Below are positions 47,398-56,736 of a stretch of 64,000 bases of DNA, piece after piece. Within the stretch, counting starts at the first letter, position 1. Every line of letters begins with the position of its first letter. The position numbers and the translations under genes were made by a program. The stretch is from Polyangiaceae bacterium (GTDB lineage Bacteria > Myxococcota_A > Polyangia > Polyangiales > Polyangiaceae). The stretch is taken from positions 1 to 64,000 of the forward strand of contig JANRKO010000092.1 in assembly GCA_033763455.1 (NCBI GenBank), given 5' to 3'. The notes under the pieces were generated by a model. It was given only the letters and a program-made list of their open reading frames with translations. It had not been told where the DNA came from and did no database searches.

Positions 47398-49046
47398 GGT
47401 GTGCCTCCAGCATGTAACCGACGAAACCTAAAAAGCTCGCTGGATGCCACCAACGCGACGGCTTCACTGAGCTCATAATTTCGGGTTTTGAAGCGTTCAT
47501 ACACGTGCTTGAGTGCACACGCGTCGTCCTCTTGTTCTGGGCGTCGCATCAGGTAGCGAGCTATTTCCAGGGTATAACACTGCGCAACGTGCTCGCTCTG
47601 GGCAAGCTTCGCGGTAAGTTCTGGTAGATCGGCAAAGGGCCCAGAAATGTCCGCAGCGGGAGCGGTTCTTGGGGCGACCACCACGCCGCTTGCGGCTTCG
47701 TTCGGCAGATAACGTCCGATGGCGTCAAACTGGTTGAAGCCTTGGCCGAGCCCGTCCAGAAATTGATGGCAGCCAGCGCAGACGGGGTCTTTACTGTGTG
47801 CTGCGAAGGCCGCGCTCGGCGAACTGTCTGCACCCACGATGACCTCGGTCTGCACGCCGGGCGGCGGCGGTGCCACCGGATCGCACAGCAAGCGTTCCCG
47901 AAGCATGAGCCCGCGTTTGACGGGCGACGGCTTCTCGGGATGAGCGTGCTGGCTGAGGAAGCCGGGTTGGGCGAGAATACCTAGCCGCACCCCATGAGCA
48001 TCGGTAGCGTAGGCCTTCGCGAGCGTCGGATCCGAGAACGTGAACGGCACATTGAGAAGGGAGCTGAGCGTCCCTCCGGCGTTCACAAGTCCTGCATAAT
48101 ACCCCTGATATTCTTTACCTAAGTACGGCTGGATCGCCGCAAAATCCGGGAATAGGTCGGCCGCCTTTCGGAGATTATCGAGATTCTCAACCCCCAGCCA
48201 TTGGCTGGAAAAATCGCTGAACATTCTGGAGGCTCGCGCGTCCTTGAGCATACCGCGCGCCAGATTCTCAACATTCGCTTCGGTAGATGCTTGCGCCGCG
48301 GCGCTGAGCAAAGCGTCATCCGGCGCCGATTTCCAGAGCGCAAGGCTCAAACGGCCCGCAAGCTCGGTGGGTGAGAGCGGCGTGGTGCTTGCAGTCGGGC
48401 TCACACCCGCGACCCCAACCTCAGTGGCAGCCGGCACGGTGAACAAGAATTTCGGCGACAGCAACACCGCTTGTACAGCGACCTGAACGCGCGCTTGTGC
48501 CGACAGATCAGCTCCCGCTCTTACGAGCGAGCTCAGCCGTTCCTTGTCGGCCGCGGTGACAGCGCCCCGGAACGCACGCATTGCAAGCCCTTGCACGTAG
48601 CTCTCGCTGCAGGCAACCTCTTCAAAATTGGCGCAGCCCGAGCGAGCAGCCCAGTTTGTAACAACGTTTTCGGCCAGCGCCTCGGCTGCACTCAGATACT
48701 GCCCGGCGCTCGTTTCACTCAGAACGAGTTCAAAATTCTGATCGAAGGCACCGACTTTGGTATTCGAAACCTGAAGCGCCGCCGGAGGCGCGGACCCCCC
48801 GAGCAAATCCGTGACCAGGCTTTGGTATTCGATAGTCGTCAGGCGGCTAAGCGGAGACGCTGCTACGGAAATAGCGCCGCATTCTTTGGGCGTGGAAAAA
48901 ACGCCGACTCCGACGGGCGTGTTCGTTCTGGGGCCCGGGGGCACAGGGGACGGCCCAGTGGGCGCGGGTGGCGGATTGGAAAGATGCCCTCCGCCTCCCG
49001 CGCTACAGGCGGCACTCAGCAACGCGGCAACAGCGAGGCAACGCAT
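47394..49046 (-). CDS. DUF1592-family lipoprotein, copy 3
   Basis: Lipobox SAAC, LSRLTTIEY, LLSPKFLF, PSPVKRG and CAGCH. 4-bp overlap with DUF1552. Confidence 0.9.
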   Translation of the reverse strand: MRCLAVAALLSAACSAGGGGHLSNPPPAPTGPSPVPPGPRTNTPVGVGVFSTPKECGAISVAASPLSRLTTIEYQSLVTDLLGGSAPPAALQVSNTKVGAFDQNFELVLSETSAGQYLSAAEALAENVVTNWAARSGCANFEEVACSESYVQGLAMRAFRGAVTAADKERLSSLVRAGADLSAQARVQVAVQAVLLSPKFLFTVPAATEVGVAGVSPTASTTPLSPTELAGRLSLALWKSAPDDALLSAAAQASTEANVENLARGMLKDARASRMFSDFSSQWLGVENLDNLRKAADLFPDFAAIQPYLGKEYQGYYAGLVNAGGTLSSLLNVPFTFSDPTLAKAYATDAHGVRLGILAQPGFLSQHAHPEKPSPVKRGLMLRERLLCDPVAPPPPGVQTEVIVGADSSPSAAFAAHSKDPVCAGCHQFLDGLGQGFNQFDAIGRYLPNEAASGVVVAPRTAPAADISGPFADLPELTAKLAQSEHVAQCYTLEIARYLMRRPEQEDDACALKHVYERFKTRNYELSEAVALVASSELFRFRRLHAGGTP

Positions 49047-49148
49047 CTTGAGCAGATCGCTTTGCCACGAGTGTATGCCGCCGCCAAGGTGATCTACGTG
49101 ATCGCACAACCCACATTAGACGCACAGCCCTCCCCGGAGAGACGCCCT

Positions 49149-49937
49149 TCAGAGCGTCGGCGCACACACTGAACCCGCCGTACCAGCTTCCGCAAACTTA
49201 ACCGTTTGGGTACACGTCGTAGTTGTCCCGGTGGCGCGACAGAACGAACAATCTGCAGGCGACTGGCAGGATTTGTAGCAGTAGTTTTTCCCATCGGCGG
49301 CCGTAACGCAGGCTGCATCTTTGCCGCAGTCCGCATTGACCGTGCAATCCTTCTTCCCGCAGTAGCCGCCACTCACGGTGGTGATGCACGTGAGGCCACC
49401 GGTGCAATCGGTGTCTTTGGCGCAGCCAGCACCCACTGAGCAATCCCCCGGTACACATACTTTGCGGTTGTTGGCACCGCCACCCGACGATCGGCATATG
49501 AAGGAGGAGCCAGCGAAGCGTTGGCAATACTCCTGATCGTCGGTGACCTTTGCCGCATCGAGATCCGTTTTTTCGCAGCTCAAGAAGCACATGTTCATGC
49601 CTGTTGACTCAAACGGCGAACACACTTCTGTGTGCGTGGTTGAGCACTCCCCCGCGGCACTGCAGCATTCGGAATCATCTTGGCACGTGTGGGTGCAGTA
49701 CCCTCCCTGGACGCGATCAAGGCACATGGCTTCTCCTTTGAGTGCGCCTGGAGCAACGTTCGGGAAGCATTCTGTTGCCACCGTGCAGACAGAGCCGGTT
49801 TGGCCCGCTGGAATGGAACTTGAGGGGCTCGGCGCTGGGCCGGCAGTACCATTACTGGAATCACCCCCGCACCCAGTGGCGAGCAAGCTCAGAGAAAATA
49901 GACAAGCGATTCCAGCAAGAAAGAAGTGTGTTTTCAT
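49149..49937 (-). CDS. Cys-rich lipoprotein
   Basis: Lipobox ATGC; repeated GGYC-x3-C-x4-C modules. Confidence 0.8.
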   Translation of the reverse strand: MKTHFFLAGIACLFSLSLLATGCGGDSSNGTAGPAPSPSSSIPAGQTGSVCTVATECFPNVAPGALKGEAMCLDRVQGGYCTHTCQDDSECCSAAGECSTTHTEVCSPFESTGMNMCFLSCEKTDLDAAKVTDDQEYCQRFAGSSFICRSSGGGANNRKVCVPGDCSVGAGCAKDTDCTGGLTCITTVSGGYCGKKDCTVNADCGKDAACVTAADGKNYCYKSCQSPADCSFCRATGTTTTCTQTVKFAEAGTAGSVCAPTL

Positions 49938-50155
49938 TCCCCATCTGAGTGGGCGGAGGCCAGGGAGATTATTACTGGGGCGATCCGACCCCCGGCTGGG
50001 TTCAAAATTCTTCTTCAAGTTTGAGAATATCGGCCACGGCTTCCCACCTACTGCTCAGCCAGGGCGGCCTAGGAGCGAGAATTTCTGGATCGCCGGCTTA
50101 GGTGCGCCCGTGCGCGTGCCGTTGAAACCTGACCACTGCAGAAAGTGAGTGCCTG

Positions 50156-51931
50156 GTGCGAGTTTTAAGAGTTGCGTTGGTCTTTGGGTTGTTGGGTTTG
50201 GGGCTTGCCGTCGGGTGTTCCTCAGGAAGTGAGTCCAGCGGCGGGGGCGTGCCCGGAGCCGTCGGGGGCAGTGGCCTCGTGCCGTCGGGGGGCGGGCTGT
50301 CTGTTTCGGGGGGCAGCGGCAACATGGTTGGTGGCTCGCGAAGCGGTGGAGCGTCGGGCCTTGGCAATGTTGGGGCAGCCGGATCCGCAGGTGCTTTAGG
50401 TAATCCTGGCGGGGCTAGTGCAGGCGGTGCTGTCACCAATGGTGGCGCGGCCGGCGTTGGTGGCGCGGTCGGCGTCGGTGGCGCCATGGGCGTCGCTGGG
50501 AGTTCGGGAGCACCACCGCAGATCTGCGCAAACGTGGGGCAAGCTTGTCAGGCAGATGCGGATTGCTGCACCAACCTTTGCGATTCTCAGACCCAACGTT
50601 GCCAGGGGCTCGCCACAACGTGTGGCGGTGATGGGCAAAGCTGCGACCAACCGGGGGACTGCTGCAGCCTCAATTGCACAGGTAACGTCTGCCAGGGCAA
50701 TTCTTGCAAGGTGCTCGCTGAAGCCTGCAACGGCAATGCAGAATGCTGCTCGGGGCTTTGCACGGGCAATATGTGTCAGCCCGTGAACCCGGGCTCTTCT
50801 TGCACAACGGCCGGGAATTTGTGCGCTAACAGCAGTGATTGCTGCTCCGGCTTGTGTGCGAGTGGGCATTGCGCCATCGCAGGCTCATTTTGCGTGCAGC
50901 AAAACGACGTGTGCGGTGCCAATTCAGATTGCTGCACGGGCGTTTGCAACAAGACCGGCCAAGGCTTGCTCGGAACTTGTGGCGCTCCGCCGGCCGTGCC
51001 TTCGCGTTGTGATACGGTAGCGGGTACGCTGTGTAACAGCTGCGGCGATTGCTGCAGTCGCTTGTGCGCCCCCTATGGGCCCACCGGGGTTTTTATCTGC
51101 CAGCCTGCGCAGGGTTGCCGTGTGAATGGTGAGCTCTGCGTTGAAGATGGCGATTGCTGTGGCGGTATTTCGGGAACGGGGCTCCCCGGTGCCGGAAACG
51201 TCAGCTGCGAGAAAGATGTCGGTGCCCAGTATGGTCGCTGCCGCAACCCGAGCTCCGGAGATGGCAACGCGTGCCAGCCGACGGGCAACGTTTGCCACTA
51301 TAAAGAAGGCGCTTACGAGAATGCGTGTGGTGGCGTTTCATCCGCTCCCGCCAACTGCTGCGAAGAGCCTGGGTTCAAGCAAACCAAGAAGGATATCTGT
51401 GTCCTCGACCGTCTGGGCGTTCCCCGCTGCCAAGGGCTCGTGGATTGTCGCACCGTAGGGGAAAGCTGCTCCAACTCCGGCGATTGCTGTGACGGAAACC
51501 TGTGTGTGGCTGATCCTTTGGATGGTAACAAGCTCAAGTGCACTGTTCCCACCGGCACGGCGTGTATCGTCACCGGCGGGTCCTGCACCATCAACGCTGA
51601 TTGCTGCCCGGGTAATCTGTGCAACGTACCGCTTGGCTCCATCCGCGGAACCTGCAACACCACCACGCCGCCCCCAACAGGCGGGTCAGGAGGGGCAGGT
51701 GGTGCATCGAACAATGGTAGCGGCGGTGCCTCGACGGCCGGTGGAAGTTCCAACGCAGGCGGCACTTCCAACGCAGGCGGCACTTCCAACGCGGGCGGCA
51801 CTTCCAATACCGGCGGCTCCGGTAGCACACCTCCTGCGTGTTCTGCATTCGGCCAAACGTGCGCCCAAAGCACTGATTGTTGCAATAGCGTGCCGTGCAC
51901 CATGGGCGTGTGCCGCTTCCCGTTGTTCTGA
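50156..51931 (+). CDS. Lipoprotein with 11 knottin-like C..C..(D/E/N)CC..C..C modules
   Basis: Lipobox AVGC, Gly tether, 11 CC doublets counted in the translation. Confidence 0.85.
   Translation: MRVLRVALVFGLLGLGLAVGCSSGSESSGGGVPGAVGGSGLVPSGGGLSVSGGSGNMVGGSRSGGASGLGNVGAAGSAGALGNPGGASAGGAVTNGGAAGVGGAVGVGGAMGVAGSSGAPPQICANVGQACQADADCCTNLCDSQTQRCQGLATTCGGDGQSCDQPGDCCSLNCTGNVCQGNSCKVLAEACNGNAECCSGLCTGNMCQPVNPGSSCTTAGNLCANSSDCCSGLCASGHCAIAGSFCVQQNDVCGANSDCCTGVCNKTGQGLLGTCGAPPAVPSRCDTVAGTLCNSCGDCCSRLCAPYGPTGVFICQPAQGCRVNGELCVEDGDCCGGISGTGLPGAGNVSCEKDVGAQYGRCRNPSSGDGNACQPTGNVCHYKEGAYENACGGVSSAPANCCEEPGFKQTKKDICVLDRLGVPRCQGLVDCRTVGESCSNSGDCCDGNLCVADPLDGNKLKCTVPTGTACIVTGGSCTINADCCPGNLCNVPLGSIRGTCNTTTPPPTGGSGGAGGASNNGSGGASTAGGSSNAGGTSNAGGTSNAGGTSNTGGSGSTPPACSAFGQTCAQSTDCCNSVPCTMGVCRFPLF
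51737..51808 (+). repeat. 18-bp coding tandem repeat (AGG[S/T]SN x4)
   Basis: Unit gcaggcggcacttccaac in the linker before the last Cys module. Confidence 0.85.
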
Positions 51932-51961
51932 TCTTCCTTTTCAAAGCCGAAGGCCACGTAC

Positions 51962-53209
51962 ATGATTGATTGTCAGCGTCACTCCATCACAAGGTCGCCG
52001 CTCGTGCTTTCCGGCGTGTTGCTCAGCCTCGCGCTCGGTGGGTGCAGCAAAGAGAGCACTACTGGCCAAGGCGCCGCGGGCAATGCGAACGCCGCAGGCG
52101 GTGCCATCATAGCGGGCTCCGGGGGAAACGGCGCGAACGGAGCGCTCACAGGTGGCAGCAGTGGATTCTTTCCTGGCATTGGCGCCGCAGGCGCCGCAGG
52201 ACAAGCCGGCATGTCGGGCTTGGGGGAGTGTGGGGGCGTTATTAGCAAGGCGTCGCTCCGAGCCGCGAACCTGCTGTTGGTGATCGATCTTTCGAAAAGC
52301 ATGGATACGCAGTTTGGAACCGCAGGCGTTTCACGGTGGAGTGCCGTCACCACCTCGCTTGGCACTGCGCTCAGCTCGGTGAAAGAACGAGCCAATTTTG
52401 GCCTCGATCTGTTCCCGTCAGGTGGCGAGTGCACGCTCCCCAACACGGCTGATCTAGCTGTGGCGGTCGCCCCCGGAAAAGATTCGGTGGCGCTTATCCA
52501 GACGGCTCTCACCATGGCTACGCCGGCGGGCGGTACACCAACAGCAGGTGCGCTCAGGCGCGCCCTTCAATACTTCGCTACCGGCGCTGGCAAAGATCTC
52601 TCGGGAGATAAGTTCGTGGTGTTAGCCACTGACGGCGGGCCTAACTGCAATGGCGATGCCCCGCAATGTGAAGCAACGGCGTGCACTGCCACCTATGATT
52701 TGCCTCAACAATGCGGGAACATGAATTGTTGCATGGGCGTTGTAACCGGCTGCCTCGACGAATCGGGAACCACGGCTGCCGTCACCGCGCTTGCCGCAAG
52801 CGGCATCAAAACGGTGGTTGTTGGGTTGCCCGGGGTGGCGCCTTATTCGGCCTCGCTCAATGCGTTTGCCCAGGCTGGGGGCCTTCCTCAGAGCGGAGCG
52901 ACGAAGTACTTTGCCATCGACGAAATGCTCGGTGTTTCTGGGCTCACCGAGGCCTTCCAGAACATTACCACCCAGCTCATCAAGAGCTGCAGGCTGGAGC
53001 TGCAAATGGCCCCACCGGATCCCACGAAGGTCAATGTCATCATTGACGGCACCACGATTGCCCAGAGTGGCGCCGATGGTTGGGAGTTTGACAACACCAC
53101 CACGCCCCCCGGGATTGTGGTTAAAGGCGCCACCTGCCAGCAGATAGAGCAAACAGGTGCTGAAAAAGTAACCGTGCAGTTCGGTTGCCCAACGATGGTA
53201 ATTCGCTAA
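51962..53209 (+). CDS. vWA-domain lipoprotein (CglB-like architecture)
   Basis: Lipobox LGGC. Intact MIDAS: DLSKS, GGTPT and ATDGGPNC, with a Cys-rich insertion. Confidence 0.85.
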   Translation: MIDCQRHSITRSPLVLSGVLLSLALGGCSKESTTGQGAAGNANAAGGAIIAGSGGNGANGALTGGSSGFFPGIGAAGAAGQAGMSGLGECGGVISKASLRAANLLLVIDLSKSMDTQFGTAGVSRWSAVTTSLGTALSSVKERANFGLDLFPSGGECTLPNTADLAVAVAPGKDSVALIQTALTMATPAGGTPTAGALRRALQYFATGAGKDLSGDKFVVLATDGGPNCNGDAPQCEATACTATYDLPQQCGNMNCCMGVVTGCLDESGTTAAVTALAASGIKTVVVGLPGVAPYSASLNAFAQAGGLPQSGATKYFAIDEMLGVSGLTEAFQNITTQLIKSCRLELQMAPPDPTKVNVIIDGTTIAQSGADGWEFDNTTTPPGIVVKGATCQQIEQTGAEKVTVQFGCPTMVIR

Positions 53210-53250
53210 GCCCCGTACGTTTGGGGCAGGGCTCTGTTTCGCTGCAGGGC

Positions 53251-54500
53251 CTAGGGGTTGGCGCCCGAGCACACCCAAGCACCAATCAGGTCCAGCTGGT
53301 CTTTCGGCAGACTTGTAGCGCCTTTTGGCATGGCCGTTCCCTGGCACATGCGAACGCCCAAAAGCTTGTTGAGCAGGTAGGAGTTGCCCGGGTCTCCTGG
53401 AAGCACCAATTTGAGGCTGGAGCACTGCGAAGAGGCAACGTTAACTAGGGAGTGATAGGCCATCGCCGGGCTCAGGTTCAGATCTGCGGCCGCTCGACCA
53501 CGCATAGGAAGGTGGCAAGCTCCCCCGCCGCAACTCGTTGTTAGGATCGGCTGCACTTGTTGGGCGAATGAGACGCTGCTGCCCGCGCTGCACTGGCAGA
53601 CCCCGGAAACGCAGGATTGGCCCGCGCTGCACGCGTTACCGCAGGTGCCACAGTGCGCATTGTTGGTCTGAGGATCGATGCAGGTTCCGCCGCAACTAAG
53701 CTGACCTCCCGGGCAACCCACGCATTGGCTATTTTGGCAGATTTGCCCTTGGGTGCAGGGTGAGCCACAGGCTCCGCAGTGAGTGGGATCCGAAGTGACG
53801 TCAATGCAGGCGGTGGTGCCGCACGTCTCACAGGTTGGTGGAGGATTGGCTCCGGTAAGGGATTCAATCCAGCTTTTGAGGCATTGTACTTGCTCGGTGG
53901 GTAACGCTTGCCCAACGGGCATACGCACTCCGCACGGAGGGCCATCGCTCACCACCTTCTGGTAGAGCAACGAAGCTTCTGCAACTCCGGGCGTGACGAG
54001 AACCCACGCTGAACACAGACTCGCTTTGGTGTCCTTCAGGCGATCCTCAAAGCCAGCAGAGATGAGGTCCAAGCTGGCCGCTGCTGCGGCTCCTTCGTGG
54101 CATGCGGCAGTAGCGCAGCTTTGGGCGAATATGGCGGCCGCTTGTGCACTCGTGCACGCCGGAAGTGGCGCGCCACCGCCGGAAGCCGAAGCCGTACCAC
54201 CGGAGGCGGATGGCGTACCACCGGAAGCGGACGTGCCGGTCGTCGAAAAGAGCCACTGCCCACGCCTTGGCTATTGGCCACGCTTCCTGTTGCGCTAACG
54301 CCGCCCGCTGCAGTGCCAGGAGCACCGCCTTGAGCTCCTCCCGTGATCCCTGTGCCGCCAACCGCGGCCTGCGCAATTGCCGCTCCCGAAGACGACCCGC
54401 CCGAGCAGGCAAGCTCAAGTAAGAGCCCAGCGAGGACCGCGCTTGCACCGAAAACTGCAGTTCGCCAAGGTGTGGAGGTGCGACGGTTTTCGAGAGTCAT
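53251..54500 (-). pseudogene. Frameshifted lipoprotein with two CX4CH cytochrome c-like domains flanking Cys-rich repeats
   Basis: The 54500 frame (lipobox ELAC plus Gly tether) joins the 53251 frame if one base is added near the A4 run at 54246-54249. The restored protein contains CATAACH...RMP..WI and CGGGACH...AMP..WV. May be a sequencing error. Confidence 0.75.
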
Positions 54501-54609
54501 GAATCACGTTACGGTCAGCTCAGGTCTCCGCTTGCAGTGAAAAGAGGAGCCTCGGCGTTGGACCCTGCACCCTACAGAGTCCAACGCCGATCCAATGAAG
54601 TGGGGCCCG

Positions 54610-55536
54610 TTACTGGACGCTACAACCTGCTTGGCCACTACAGGTGTTGTTCGAGAACGAACTGCACGCGTTCGGAGTACCGTTGCAGCCAATATAATCC
54701 GTCACCCACTGGCACTTACCGTTGGTGTCATTGGTGCAGGCCGATTGATCTAACCCGACGAAGTCGCACGCGGAGATATTCTGGATGCATTGGTTCACTA
54801 GCCAGAGACAACCGGCAACCGCGTTGCAGGTGCCCTGATTCGCTTTCGACGAACAGTCTGTGTTCGAAGCCTTTGGCCGGCACGGGAAGCGCCACTCGCA
54901 GTTAGCATCCTGCGCACAAGACACAGCCGTGCGGTGGGTCTCTCCACAAGCAGTGTTCGCAGCTCCCGCTGCCCCGCTATCTTTCGCAACACACAGCCCG
55001 TCTATCGCGCAGCCTGTCTGGTTCCCACAGGAAGCTTGCATCGTGTCGAATGCCGAACAGGCAGTGGCCGAGCCTGTGCACATGGCACCGGCCGCGCCAG
55101 CTGCTCCGCCGGTTGCCGGTGCACCACCTGTACCGCCGGCAGCGGTGCCACCTGTTGCTGCCGAGCCACTGGCCCCGCCTCCGGAGCTGCCGCCTGTTGC
55201 TGCCACACCCGCCGCTCCCCCCACGTTTTGACCGCCCCCGGTGCCAGCGCCGGACGCACCTGAAGCGTTCATCATTCCCGCAGCTCCCGATGCACCGCTG
55301 GTTCCAGCCATCCCACCCAGATTCCCGCCGCCGCCACTACTCATTGCAGCGCCACCAACTGCCATACTGGCCCCGCCTACGGACGTGCTGCCTCCCGTCG
55401 GGCGGGAGCCTCCGGCCGACGGCGCACCGCTCGTTCCCCCGTCGTCAGAACCGCAGGCCGCGAACAGCCCGCTGGCCAAGACGGAAGCCCCAAGCAGGAA
55501 CAGCGAACGTGGTTTCAAAGAGTGCAAGATATCCAT
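54610..55536 (-). CDS. Cys-rich lipoprotein with about five C..C..C-x-W type repeats
   Basis: Lipobox FAAC, long Gly tether, and repeats such as CAQDANCEW, CNAVAGCLW and GKCQW. Confidence 0.8.
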   Translation of the reverse strand: MDILHSLKPRSLFLLGASVLASGLFAACGSDDGGTSGAPSAGGSRPTGGSTSVGGASMAVGGAAMSSGGGGNLGGMAGTSGASGAAGMMNASGASGAGTGGGQNVGGAAGVAATGGSSGGGASGSAATGGTAAGGTGGAPATGGAAGAAGAMCTGSATACSAFDTMQASCGNQTGCAIDGLCVAKDSGAAGAANTACGETHRTAVSCAQDANCEWRFPCRPKASNTDCSSKANQGTCNAVAGCLWLVNQCIQNISACDFVGLDQSACTNDTNGKCQWVTDYIGCNGTPNACSSFSNNTCSGQAGCSVQ

Positions 55537-55805
55537 ATGTTAGCTTATCCTTTTTTAAATTCGGCGAACTCGCGCTCTGTCTCAGAGTAAGTGTGGTCGT
55601 GTGTGCGAGGGATGCTTCTCACAAGCCACAGCGCCAGTACGTGGAGCCCCTCTTCTAAGATTATGAACAGGGCTCCCAAATTCGAAGCACCGATGGGCGC
55701 AGACGGATTACGCCACGTCGGCACGCGTTGCCCCGTTGCATACCCGGGCGACGTGTTGTTGGCCCCATACCCCCTCGCCAGGCTCGGGTTACATCTTCGC
55801 TAGCC

Positions 55806-56486
55806 TCACCAGGTCATCGGCGTGCCGTCGTACACCACGAAGGGCTCGGTAGGCCTGGCTTTGATCAACTGCACGATCCCGCGGGCGGGCTCGTGAGGAT
55901 CAAGATCCGCGCTCTTTCCGCCCATGTCCGTTCGCATCCAACCCGGGTGAATGGCCACCACTAGAAAATCCGTCAGATAATTGCGCAACAGCATCGATTC
56001 CATATTGAGCGCAGCTTTCGACATGCAGTAATCAAACATACGATCACGTTTGCAGGTGCTGATGCTGCCGGCTTCCGATGAGATATTGGCGATAACCTTG
56101 TGCTCGCCCGCGCGCAAAAGTGGCAAGAAGGCCTGCACCGCGCGCAATGGCCCAACGGCGTTGGTTTCGAATACGCGCGTCACGAGCGCCAGGTCTACGT
56201 TTTCTAGCGGTGCCCCGGTATCCCCCAGCACGGCCGCATTGTTGATTAAGATATCCAAGCTCTGGGTGAGTGACCGCACGGTCGCCACGGCTCTTTTAAC
56301 CGAATCGGCGCGGGTAACCTCTAGTTGCACCGGATGTAGCGTTCTAGACCACTTCTGAAGGAGAGCGTTGAAAGCTTCGGGCCCGGTACGATAACCTGCG
56401 AAGACGTGAAAGCCTTCTTCAAGGTAAAGCTCGGACAAAGAGAGGCCGAGGCCTCGGTTTGCCCCAGTGATCAATACGTTCGGCAT
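55806..56486 (-). CDS. SDR oxidoreductase (CsgA/sniffer-like subfamily)
   Basis: ITGANRGLG, INNAA, NISSEAGS, YCMSKAALN and HPGWMRTDMGG. Confidence 0.92.
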   Translation of the reverse strand: MPNVLITGANRGLGLSLSELYLEEGFHVFAGYRTGPEAFNALLQKWSRTLHPVQLEVTRADSVKRAVATVRSLTQSLDILINNAAVLGDTGAPLENVDLALVTRVFETNAVGPLRAVQAFLPLLRAGEHKVIANISSEAGSISTCKRDRMFDYCMSKAALNMESMLLRNYLTDFLVVAIHPGWMRTDMGGKSADLDPHEPARGIVQLIKARPTEPFVVYDGTPMTW

Positions 56487-56736
56487 AGGCTGAGCCTAAC
56501 TCAAGTTCAGCGCATTCGGGGCATGTCTCCCCGCCAGAGCGCAGCGATTGGCCGGGGGAGACCGCCCGTGCGAGTCGCGTTTCGCGCGAGCAGGGCGAGA
56601 GGGGCACCATTCACTGCTCACCAAATGGTGCAGACGGCCCGCTTTGGCGATTCTTGGCTTGCATCCGGAGCCTGGGGCGAACAAGCTCTGAGCCGAGAAA
56701 TGGGGCGGAGAAGCTGCCCGGAAGGTCGGAGCAAAG

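Noticed and set aside
51962..53209. Assigning cglB
   Set aside because: The architecture is similar, but vWA lipoproteins are multi-copy in this group and no gliding genes are adjacent.
54036..54245. Arg/Pro-rich C-terminus of track ORF 54036-54500 as a real domain
   Set aside because: It is the out-of-frame reading after the inferred frameshift.
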